Below, piece after piece: positions 9,526-18,800 of a stretch of 49,188 bases of DNA (positions are counted from its first letter, which is position 1; each line of letters opens with the position of its first letter). A program made the translations under genes and the position numbers. This DNA comes from a virus (lineage: Duplodnaviria; Caudoviricetes): IMG/VR virus record IMGVR_UViG_3300043478_000058, positions 1-49,188 of that record. One strand, given 5' to 3'. The notes under the pieces are model-generated. The model saw nothing but the letters and a program-made list of their open reading frames with translations, made no database searches and was not told the DNA's origin.

Positions 9526-11597
9526 AAAGAATTATTACATTGTTTTTTGTCTTATTCGTCCTATCGGCTAACGCCGCTGTAGTGACGAACGTGCAGAGGC
9601 TTTCGTTGTTCGGCGTGACAAACTACTTGAGTCCAACTGGCCTTGTTGCGGTAGCGCCATTCTTTAGTGGTGCGGACCACTTAAAAGGTATGCCTGCAGA
9701 TTCGTTCTTGCGTACTGCGGGATCGAATGTGCTACTTGAGATAACGAACTTTGTAAAGGCGCAGGATACGGTGGTGTCGAATGGTGTTGTGGCCTTGGTA
9801 ATCAGCACAAGCAATTCGCTTTTTAATGTTAGTGTGCTTGTGTCGAATGGCGTAATAAACCAACTCATTGTGTTGAGCAATAATCTATCGTCGGTAGGTT
9901 TCGCGCGGCTTGAGGTTCAGACCAACTCTGTTAGACTCGGTCTTGTCACAAACCTGAACTGGACCTACGGCATGACGGGTTCAGTTTCCAGCGCGACGGC
10001 GATTCTTGGGGTGGACGACAGCGCCGCGAACAACGCAATCTCAAATTCGTTGTTCACGTTAATCAACGTGGCAAGCAACTTTCTGTCTACGAGTTCCATT
10101 GACGTAAAGACCAATCAAACCATGATGGTGTTGCAGGGAACGCCGATTGCAGGCAGCCAGTGGTACGTCGGAACGAATGGAACTCCCATTACAAACCAGG
10201 CCAGAAGCGGTTTGGAGTTCAACGCGTTTTGGAGATCACTGAGAATGGGCGAAGTGGATAACGGACCCGATTTTCTGAACTACGAACCCGCTGGGTCAAA
10301 TTATTGGAACAACACGAATATAGGAGTTTGTAGTGTAGGATTAGGAAGCAACTCGCTTGCTAGAGGAAACTACTCAAGCGTACTTGGAGGAGTATATAAC
10401 ATCATACGAAGCAACGCGGTAGCTTCTGTTATCGGAGGTGGAATAATGAATTTCGTCGATACTAATGCAGGGACTGCGGTAATTGCCGGTGGAGGAAGGA
10501 ACGTGATTCGGGTTCCTGGATTATCAGCAGGGACTGCAAACGCAGTAACTATTAGCGGAGGGACTAACAATGTTATCGGCGGAACCAGTATTGATGTTCA
10601 TGGTTCTACGATAGGCGGTGGCGGCGATAATGTAATTGAAGGAGGACAACATGCAACCATTTCTGGAGGATTTGCTAATGAAATGCAAGAAGCGTGTGAT
10701 TTCGGATTCATTGGCGGCGGATTACGCAATGCGATACTTGCAAACGGAGCAACCGCGGGTGGAGGAAACTACTCAGTCGTTGTTGGAGGCAGTGACAATC
10801 GGAGTCGAGGTCAGTATGGTTTCATTGGCGGAGGCCGAGAGAACACTTTCCTAGGAAATTCCAGTGGAGTGGGAGCGGACTACAACGTAATTTGCGGTGG
10901 AGCTAGCAACAACATTGGAGTTAACAACTTTCCTAGCACGTTTTGCTTCGTTGGAGGGGGGCACGAGTGCGATATACAGAATGATGCTCATTATAGTTTC
11001 ATCGGAGGTGGAGCACTTAACAACATTGGCGGAAATTCGACGAACGGTGTGATAGCAGGTGGTCGGTTCAACACCATTGGATCAAACACCAAGTTTGCAT
11101 CAATTCTTGGCGGAGAGAGGAACACCGTGAATGCCAACTACGGTGTCGCTATTGGAACCTCGAACACTACATCTGCGGTAGGTGGTATTGCGATTGGCAC
11201 AGGATTGACAGTTAACGACGCAGGGATGGTTAAGGTCGGGAATCTATCCAGTTACACCACGTCGCAGACGATTTCCGGAGCAGGTAGCGGGAGTACGAAT
11301 TACACGCTTCAGTCGATCTACTCCAAGATGAACCTTGGTTCGTCCAACGTGAACATCGTGGCTGTGATGCAGACGACGGCGGGGCAATCGCAACGCTGGC
11401 GAGTGGCCATCACGAACGATTCTCCTGATACATGGGGATTTAGCGCCTCGTCCACGACGAACCGCTGGTTTTGGCAGGGCACGTACGGCACCAACCAGCC
11501 GAGTGTTTTGACAAACAATACGCGCCTTGTCATCGACGGCGAGAGCGAAGGCACGAATACGTGGGCAACGTATAACTACTTCAATCCTGCAAAATAA
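9522..11597 (+). CDS. Signal-peptide-bearing Asn/Gly-rich beta-helical fibre or adhesin
   Basis: MKRIITLFFVLFVLSANA is a classic Sec signal with an A-N-A cleavage site. Many (S/F)IGGG..N.I repeats and a YadA-head-like GVAIG..GIAIG follow. Confidence 0.7.
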   Translation: MKRIITLFFVLFVLSANAAVVTNVQRLSLFGVTNYLSPTGLVAVAPFFSGADHLKGMPADSFLRTAGSNVLLEITNFVKAQDTVVSNGVVALVISTSNSLFNVSVLVSNGVINQLIVLSNNLSSVGFARLEVQTNSVRLGLVTNLNWTYGMTGSVSSATAILGVDDSAANNAISNSLFTLINVASNFLSTSSIDVKTNQTMMVLQGTPIAGSQWYVGTNGTPITNQARSGLEFNAFWRSLRMGEVDNGPDFLNYEPAGSNYWNNTNIGVCSVGLGSNSLARGNYSSVLGGVYNIIRSNAVASVIGGGIMNFVDTNAGTAVIAGGGRNVIRVPGLSAGTANAVTISGGTNNVIGGTSIDVHGSTIGGGGDNVIEGGQHATISGGFANEMQEACDFGFIGGGLRNAILANGATAGGGNYSVVVGGSDNRSRGQYGFIGGGRENTFLGNSSGVGADYNVICGGASNNIGVNNFPSTFCFVGGGHECDIQNDAHYSFIGGGALNNIGGNSTNGVIAGGRFNTIGSNTKFASILGGERNTVNANYGVAIGTSNTTSAVGGIAIGTGLTVNDAGMVKVGNLSSYTTSQTISGAGSGSTNYTLQSIYSKMNLGSSNVNIVAVMQTTAGQSQRWRVAITNDSPDTWGFSASSTTNRWFWQGTYGTNQPSVLTNNTRLVIDGESEGTNTWATYNYFNPAK

Positions 11598-12001
11598 TGC
11601 CAACCTTCGGAGTGCTTTTAAGGGACGAAGTCGAGTCAGACGCTGATGTTGATTTGTTGTTTGCGGATGACCCAGTTTTGGAGTCCGGCGACATGCACTA
11701 TGGAAACCTTAATGTCACAAAAGAAACCGACTCAATAATGCCTAATGCGTCGTTCGCAATAGGAACCGAGCTTGCAGTGTATGTGAATGGGCGAGATTAT
11801 TTGAGCGATACGGTGGAATGGACCGATAGCGATACCTTTGTCGGCAACTGGCGACCGAGTCTTGAAGAAGGCAAGCTGACGTTCACAGATAAAAAGCGAT
11901 ACGGGAAGGTGTTGAGGTATCGCTTTGTTGGCGTCGGTCTGCGATTTCTACGATTCGATGCGTATTCGGTTAATGTTTACGGTAGAGGTGCCGAAAGGTA
12001 G
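11597..12001 (+). CDS. Probable C-terminal domain of the nozzle, encoded as a separate gene
   Basis: LESGDMHYG...K...IMP...VYVNGRDYL...VEW...GKVLRYRF...FDAYSVNV..RGAER matches the pattern of gp10-like C-termini. Confidence 0.55.
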   Translation: MPTFGVLLRDEVESDADVDLLFADDPVLESGDMHYGNLNVTKETDSIMPNASFAIGTELAVYVNGRDYLSDTVEWTDSDTFVGNWRPSLEEGKLTFTDKKRYGKVLRYRFVGVGLRFLRFDAYSVNVYGRGAER

Positions 12002-12030
12002 AGGATTTAGGCCATGAATCCCTAAGCAAT

Positions 12031-13275
12031 ATGTCGTGTGCAGGACTTAGAACGTGCTTAGACCCGGGGCAGTATTGCCCTGAGAATAGGTATTGTCTCG
12101 ATGATTGCTTTCTGCCGTCGGTGACGCTGCGGTTTAACCCGGGGAGCTTTGCGGCGGGGATTCCGTTAGTGCCGCCGGTGTTGGAGACGATTTTTGATTT
12201 GAATTGTCCGAGTGATGACGAGGTAGGTGTTGTCATATCGCCACAATCAGGGCAGTCGTTTTATCGCACTACGGACCCGATTTTCAATCAGCGTTTCAGA
12301 GCGAGGCTGTTTACCTTCCAAGCCAATAGCGCGGGTCAGTACATGATAATGCTGTCGAACGTATCGGGATTTTCTCCGTTCATCACGGCTTCGAGGAACT
12401 TTGCGACAAGCTGGCAGGTTGCGGGGGATACGCTAGTGTTCAATGTCGCAGCGGATCAGACAGGTCCGATAACGGTTGAGGTGACGACTGAGTTCCCAAT
12501 GACCTATGGTGAATTCGACATCCACCTCCAGTGCGAGATGGGGATATTAGTTTACTGGAACATGGATGAAACAGGACCAGGACCATTTTTCACTGGTCCG
12601 GATAGGGTGGATTCTGTGCAAGGGATCATATTGGGTGTCATTTCCACATCCATTCCTTCTCAGACTCCGGGTAAATTAGGAAGTTGTGCTTTATTCCAGT
12701 TTCATGGCTCAAACACTGAGCTATTGACGCCACAACAAACTGAAATGGCTTGGAGTGGTGAAGATATTACTATCGCTTTCTGGGTTCTGTTTCAGTCACA
12801 AGATGTTCAAAACGCGGAACATGTCGTCTTTCAATACGAAATATCAGACGACGTTCCTCCTTTTTTGTTTCCGACTTTGAGGGGTCATATCACTGTAATC
12901 TACAACCCATTTTTAGATAGGTTGTTTTTGCAGGTTTACAACATCGTAGGTCAAACCTTCTACACATTGATTGATCCGGTGAATATAGGTCAGTGGTACT
13001 TCATTCAAATCATATACGATGCCACTACCGGTGTTCCAAGTTTCAGGATTGATAATGGATCAATCGTAGATGGAGTCTTTGCAAGACCTTTTCCAGTGTC
13101 TAGTTCAGATAGAGGATTAGTTCGTATTAGACCTACTGGTGGACTTTTTATACCGTCTGGTACAGTTTATCTAGTTGACGAAATTGGTATCTGGATGAAG
13201 GGACTAGATATAACGCAGCTTGATGATCTCTGGAACAGCGGCAACGGCGTAACATGGCCTGATGTCCCAATGTAA
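12031..13275 (+). CDS. Virion accessory protein with Cys-rich N-terminus and C-terminal LamG/concanavalin-like domain
   Basis: YWNMDE...RVDSV, TIAFWV, GQWYFIQIIYD and VDEIGIWMKGL...LWNSGNG are LamG-like motifs. Confidence 0.65.
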   Translation: MSCAGLRTCLDPGQYCPENRYCLDDCFLPSVTLRFNPGSFAAGIPLVPPVLETIFDLNCPSDDEVGVVISPQSGQSFYRTTDPIFNQRFRARLFTFQANSAGQYMIMLSNVSGFSPFITASRNFATSWQVAGDTLVFNVAADQTGPITVEVTTEFPMTYGEFDIHLQCEMGILVYWNMDETGPGPFFTGPDRVDSVQGIILGVISTSIPSQTPGKLGSCALFQFHGSNTELLTPQQTEMAWSGEDITIAFWVLFQSQDVQNAEHVVFQYEISDDVPPFLFPTLRGHITVIYNPFLDRLFLQVYNIVGQTFYTLIDPVNIGQWYFIQIIYDATTGVPSFRIDNGSIVDGVFARPFPVSSSDRGLVRIRPTGGLFIPSGTVYLVDEIGIWMKGLDITQLDDLWNSGNGVTWPDVPM

Positions 13276-13589
13276 TGAGCCTCTATCACCAACTCGAAAC
13301 CGTCGAAATACCGACAATCGGGGCGTTTAGGATGACACCGTTAGAGCAGGGTGAGGACTTCATACGAAGCAGCGCGTCGTTTGCACCGCCAGCATCACAG
13401 CGTTTAATGCCACAACAACAACAAAGCACCGATCCCTTTGAAGACCCGTTCATCACGAAGAAAGAGCAACCCGCGCAAGTCGTTGCATCAACCCCAGTGG
13501 CCTCCGTTCCCGATAGGATTTACGGGTCGAGTGGTAATCAAAAGGAGCAAAAAAGGCTTGTCTACGACAAAGATGAGGTGAATGTATGA
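13275..13589 (+). CDS. Hypothetical protein
   Basis: TAATG translational coupling with the upstream gene. Confidence 0.5.
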   Translation: MSLYHQLETVEIPTIGAFRMTPLEQGEDFIRSSASFAPPASQRLMPQQQQSTDPFEDPFITKKEQPAQVVASTPVASVPDRIYGSSGNQKEQKRLVYDKDEVNV

Positions 13590-13747
13590 ACGAGCAAGAG
13601 GAGCTTGAGCGGTTGCTAAAAGCGCGACAAGAGGAAATGGAGCGTGGATGGCGCATCTATAATGGTTTGGAGACAAACGTAACCGAGCAAGACAAAGAGC
13701 AGTTCGCGCGTTTTGTGCGACAATTTGAACATAGCTGTTGCGGCTAA
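13586..13747 (+). CDS. Small hypothetical protein (53 aa, not in the ORF track)
   Basis: ATGA overlap with the upstream stop; reads MNEQEELERLLKARQEEMERGW...FEHSCCG and fills the gap to the next gene. Confidence 0.55.
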   Translation: MNEQEELERLLKARQEEMERGWRIYNGLETNVTEQDKEQFARFVRQFEHSCCG

Positions 13748-13753
13748 AATATT

Positions 13754-14512
13754 ATGGCAGATGACGTAATCATACAAGCACAGGATACAACATTCCAACG
13801 CGCGGGGTTGACTGACCAGCGTAGAGGATACTTCTTGCCGGGAGGGGTGAGTCTTCAGTATCCATTACTTTCTAGCACGATATTCAATATCGAACAGGCA
13901 TTGATAGCGGCGTTAATGGGTCAAGACCCGAGTTGCTTGCCAGGTGGATTGACGCTGTTTAACATTCTAAGCATCAACCCTGAGCTGTTCAACGGCGCGG
14001 CAGAGTTACAACAAATCTGGCAAAAAGACCCATTTTCGACTGAGTACGAAGATGAAACCACTAACCTCTACAACCGTCAATACGAAACAGCGCGTTCTGC
14101 CGCGATTAGCGGTCCTTCAAATGTTCGTGGTGCTACAGCACGACAAGGATTTGAACTGGCTGATTTGGATACCCAACAGGCCAATAACCGCTTCCGTGAG
14201 ATATGGCAAAATCAGCTGTCATTGGCTCAGATTGTTATCGCAGCTATACAAGCGCATAACACTATAGCGAATAGTCGACGCGATGTCCAGCTTAAAGCAC
14301 AGCAATTACAAGCCGGGACTGAGCAAGGACGAGTTGTGCAGAGTCTCGCCGCAGCAGAACAATTGAGTAGGGTTAGGAGTGACCACTTAAGGGGTTTTTC
14401 TGCGGGAGCAGAGTTTTTGGGTGTCGCGCAGATGACGACGAATGAGTCATTGACGGGACGGGGTCAACAAGGCGCGGTTAGCACCGCGTTCGGAACAAGC
14501 TACTGGAGATAA
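13754..14512 (+). CDS. Putative internal virion / DNA ejection protein
   Basis: Gln/Ala-rich helical protein in the post-tail block that precedes the giant protein. Confidence 0.5.
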   Translation: MADDVIIQAQDTTFQRAGLTDQRRGYFLPGGVSLQYPLLSSTIFNIEQALIAALMGQDPSCLPGGLTLFNILSINPELFNGAAELQQIWQKDPFSTEYEDETTNLYNRQYETARSAAISGPSNVRGATARQGFELADLDTQQANNRFREIWQNQLSLAQIVIAAIQAHNTIANSRRDVQLKAQQLQAGTEQGRVVQSLAAAEQLSRVRSDHLRGFSAGAEFLGVAQMTTNESLTGRGQQGAVSTAFGTSYWR

Positions 14513-14516
14513 AAAT

Positions 14517-15650
14517 ATGCCAAACGAATATGAGCAGTTGTTGAGGAGAACGAATCAGACGCCATCACCGGGTGGGATGGATTTGAACGCGCTTTTGAGT
14601 CGCGGGATTCAGGGTACAATAGCGGGAGCGCAGGAGGAAACGGGTATCAAGCGTAAGGTAGTAGCCAGTGACCTCCTATCGCAACAACTCGCTCAAGCCG
14701 CGCAAGAATTGCAGAACAGGATGCAGGGGTATGAGTTCGAGCAGACGAAAGGGTTTGACCAGTCGTTGCTAAACGATCCAAGAGTGGGTGCGACACTATC
14801 AGACGCTTTCAAGCAAACTGGTTTTAATCCACTAACCTCGCCCAATTCAAGAGCTATGCTTGGTGCGTTTCATAAGTTTCAGCCAGGAGTAAAAAGTCAT
14901 CAAGACAACGCAGCGGAGATTTTGAAAAACTGGCAGGTTGTTAATTGGAGTGGTGATCGTCCAGAACCAGACGAGGTCAAATGGGCGAGGAATGTTTTGG
15001 GGATTGGTGCTGGAACGACAACTGGAACTGACACTAACGATGCAATGGAGAAAAGGTTGAAAGAACTGGAAAGAAGGGCTGGTGTAACCGGAACAGTGTC
15101 TGAGCATGTGCCTTATGGTTTTGGTCGTGCTGCTGCTGGTGGTGCCGTTGGTGGAGTTGGTTTCTACGGCGGCAGCAAAGCTTTTGAAGCCGGAGCGGCC
15201 AAGTTTGCGCCTAAGATGGGTGCTGGTAAACTCACTGCTGGCAAATTTGGATCAGGTTTAGTTGGATCAGGTATAGCCGAACTTATACTGAGCCAAATCG
15301 ACCCAAGAAATTTTGAAGCACAAAGAGAGTATCCAAAGACTGCTTTAGCGGCTGGTGCGATTGGTATAGGTGGTGCTTCTAAAGCGAAGCAGGCTTTTGA
15401 GAAAATTCCATTCCTAGCTAGGTTTACTAGACGAGGAGCACAATTACAACACGCGGCACAAATGGAGGAAGCAGCGGCTAAAGCAGCGCAAAGGGGATCT
15501 AATCTTGGACCGGAATATAAGGGTAGTTTTGGTGGTGGACAACCGCCACCGCAACAATCACCTCCAACCGGAGCAGCACCAAAACAACCTTACAAACCAA
15601 ACGTAAAAGGCTACGAGGAGTTCCTCAAAAAACAATTCGGTGAAAGGTGA
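14517..15650 (+). CDS. Putative internal virion / ejection protein
   Basis: Gly/Ala-rich glycine-zipper-like segments (AAAGGAVGGVG, ALAAGAIGIGG) and gene position. Confidence 0.5.
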   Translation: MPNEYEQLLRRTNQTPSPGGMDLNALLSRGIQGTIAGAQEETGIKRKVVASDLLSQQLAQAAQELQNRMQGYEFEQTKGFDQSLLNDPRVGATLSDAFKQTGFNPLTSPNSRAMLGAFHKFQPGVKSHQDNAAEILKNWQVVNWSGDRPEPDEVKWARNVLGIGAGTTTGTDTNDAMEKRLKELERRAGVTGTVSEHVPYGFGRAAAGGAVGGVGFYGGSKAFEAGAAKFAPKMGAGKLTAGKFGSGLVGSGIAELILSQIDPRNFEAQREYPKTALAAGAIGIGGASKAKQAFEKIPFLARFTRRGAQLQHAAQMEEAAAKAAQRGSNLGPEYKGSFGGGQPPPQQSPPTGAAPKQPYKPNVKGYEEFLKKQFGER

Positions 15651-15653
15651 AAA

Positions 15654-15824
15654 ATGTTCAAACGTCTTCTTTGTTTTTTCGGTTTCCATTCATGGAAAAC
15701 TGATAGTGAAACCGTTTCTGGTTTTAGTGAATCGGTTTGTGTGATGTGGAAGCAGTGTAAACATTGCAACAAATCCAGATTAAAAAGCATCTCTCGATCT
15801 TTCATTCCGAAGCCACGTGATTAG
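15654..15824 (+). CDS. Small Zn-binding protein (DUF1660-like pattern), not in the ORF track
   Basis: MFKRLLCFFGFHSW...QCKHCNK gives a C-x4-H ... CxxC pattern; the ORF fills the intergenic gap. Confidence 0.55.
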   Translation: MFKRLLCFFGFHSWKTDSETVSGFSESVCVMWKQCKHCNKSRLKSISRSFIPKPRD

Positions 15825-15826
15825 CT

Positions 15827-18800
15827 ATGCCAGAAGAACCATTCTCGCTAGGGCAGGTTCAAGAGAACCCTACAAGGAGGTTGTCGTCGTGGCTTGATAC
15901 GATTTTCAGGCCAGTTGGCAGGCCAATAGGGGCTATTTTAGGCGGTCTTGCACGTCAAGCGACAGGTATTGTCGCGCCACAGTACTCTAAGCTTGCCGAG
16001 CAACGTTTTCAAGAAGCAGGAGAACATCTTCCGCGTCTCGCCGCTGAGTTTGCCGCTGTTGGCGCAAAGCGGTTGCCTGTCAAACTCGCCGGATTAGGTG
16101 ATGTTCTCCTGCGATCTTCTACAGCGCCGGGAGCGGACATTGGAACAGGGTTGGGTGAAACAGCGGCGTTTGCCGCAGCGCCACTGGCGGGGGGTCTGGC
16201 AAGGCGCGCAATAGCGCCTATTGCTGGCGCGGCAGAGAGCCAATTCGCTTCACCGATAGGCCGCTTGCTTGCTAGGAGCGCCGTACAGGAGCCGGCAGGG
16301 ATCGCCGGGAGCCTTCTGCCATTTGAGGCTGCCGGGGCGCTAGAAGCCTATCGCCGAGGGCAGCTTAAGGAGCATGTGGAGCAACTCGGGAGTCCTGAAC
16401 ACATTGTAAGCACCCTTGCTGGCGTGTTGCCGTTTGAAGCCGCTAGGATACCGGCAGGGGTGAGAGCGTTTACAGGAGCGTTGGTTAACAAGACACCGAT
16501 AACTGATTCTGTTGATGTTCATCGTGTGCATTGGATGGCTGGTGAGGTGCCAAGGTTTAGGGACTTTGGTAGCGAAGAATCAGCGAAGGATTTCTCGGAC
16601 GAAGTGAGGCGCACTGTTGGTGGCGAGCCTAAGATTGAAGCGGCGGGTAGTGTGCCAAGGCAGCGTGTTGTCTACGACATGGCTTTTAAGCCGGGGCAGT
16701 TGCGTGGGGGATTTGGGCTGAACGCGGTTGAGATGTTGAATGAGCCGACGACAAGCGCGCTTAGGCTTTCACCGGACAAGGAGGGTTTGTTTGATACGAA
16801 GAATCTTGTTGGTAGGATGAGAAACGTCTTGCATCCGACGGAGTTCAAGTCGTATGAGGACGCGGGGTTGGGGGAGTTTTTGAAGGAAAAGAAGAAGGTG
16901 GGAGCGGTGGAGGTGCAGCAGTGGATTGAGCAGAATGGGCCGAGGGTTGAGACGCGGGTCGGAAAGACTAGTGGCGAGAAACAACGTAGCACGATTCAAC
17001 AGTTGCTTGACAGAGCTAATGTCGCGCAGCATGGTGTTGAGACGTTGGGATATAAAATACACGAAGAAGAAGGACCATTGAACCAAGGATTAGTAAGGGA
17101 TAATGTAGTTCTAAAAGCTCAAGGAGACCAGATTTATAAGTATAGATTGGAAGGTCGAGCTGGTCCAGTCTTGATTGGACAAGAGCCACTTGCAGAAGCG
17201 CATACTTCGATTCAATCTTGGTTCGACACGCAAAAAGAAATTAATAGAATCGGTGCGACTCAAGAACCGGGTACTGATGTCCACTGGCAATCAATCGCGC
17301 CAACAGATGTAACTGGTAAGAGTTACGTGGAGATTGCAGTGACGAGGCCAATACCCGGAAACATTGGGAACAAAGGAATCGTTTTCCCCGCCTCCCACTC
17401 CTTTCCACCAAACACTCTCGGCTGGTCTCGTGGTTATATGGAAACCTTGCCAGATGGGAAGAAGGTTTTTCATGTTGTGGAGGTGCAGAGTGATTGGGCG
17501 CAACGGCAAAGAGAATTAGTTGAAGTTTCTAAAGAAACTGAAGCGCTTGGTAATAGGCGCTTGGCACAAGAACAACGTACTAAGCTATCTGACCCCCTCC
17601 TCGCCGACTGGTCCCGCCTCGTCCTCAAAGCCTCGATTGACCATGCTATCAAAGAAGGCGCAGATGAGATAGCGATTAGTGATGCCGAGACGGCCATGAT
17701 GACTGAGGGGCATGATTTACCATCAAACCAAAATGTTAATGAAGTTTTCAATAGTAAAAGTGGTGCTGAGGAGCGGGCTAAAGAATTAGGTGGGATGGTT
17801 GTTCAGGAACCTGGAGGTTTTAGGGTTGTTGCCCTCGGACAGTTTCCTGGAATGCGTCTAAACTACGACCAAATCCTCCCAAAAATCGCAGAGGAGTTGA
17901 CAGGGGTGAAGGGGAGGAGGGTGGTGATGGGGGAGCATAAGAACGCTTTTACAGAAATGGAAGGAGAACAAGAGGTTGAAGTTGATCCTGATACTGGTGA
18001 ACAATATCCTGTTGGGGAAGGTGGGGTTTTTAATGTTGACCGTTGGCAGGGTCCACGTCCAGACCTCATCTTCAAAAACCCAGACGGCACTCCAAAAACC
18101 TCCATCACCGGACTCTCATTCAATTTATCGAAAGCCAAGACTGAGCTTGAAAAGCGTGGTGGATGGTCGGTCTTCGCGCGCGATAAAATCGTGCGTGACC
18201 AGGTTCAGCGGATGGATGTCGAGGGCTATGAGCCTGACGAGATTCTTCGCGCGTCAGAGAACGTTAAGCTCTTGCAACCGTTAAAAGGTGAGGATGCGTT
18301 GCAAACTTTAGCGCGTTCTGTAGGAATCGACCCGAAGGTGTTTGCGCGCCTTGGGCCTGGTGAATCCTTAGAACGCGCTTTTGACTTTTTTACCAGTGTG
18401 TATCATCATAATTTTGGTGAGACACCCGAGCGCGCGGCTTATCTCGCGCGGCAGACAATGACACCGCTTGCACGCTTTGCACCGTTCTTGAAGCAAACGG
18501 CGTTTGCAGTAGCGCCGGCACAAGAAGGCGCGTCGCATTTGTTCACGGTGCCTAGGCCACTAAGTGAGACAGCGCAGTACCTAACGACCCTCGCTGATAT
18601 TCCAAAAGCCGCGAAAGGGACCGTGTCACCAGAGACGATGGTCTTCGAGATGGCACGAATGGCTGGACATGAAGCCGCGCATAACATGGGGACGGAGGTT
18701 TTATCACCTACTGGTTCAGCAACGCCACAACAGAGGCAGTCGTGGATTAAGGCAATGGCGAACGTTGAGGCTATTCCACCACAAGAGCGCGCAAAGGTGA

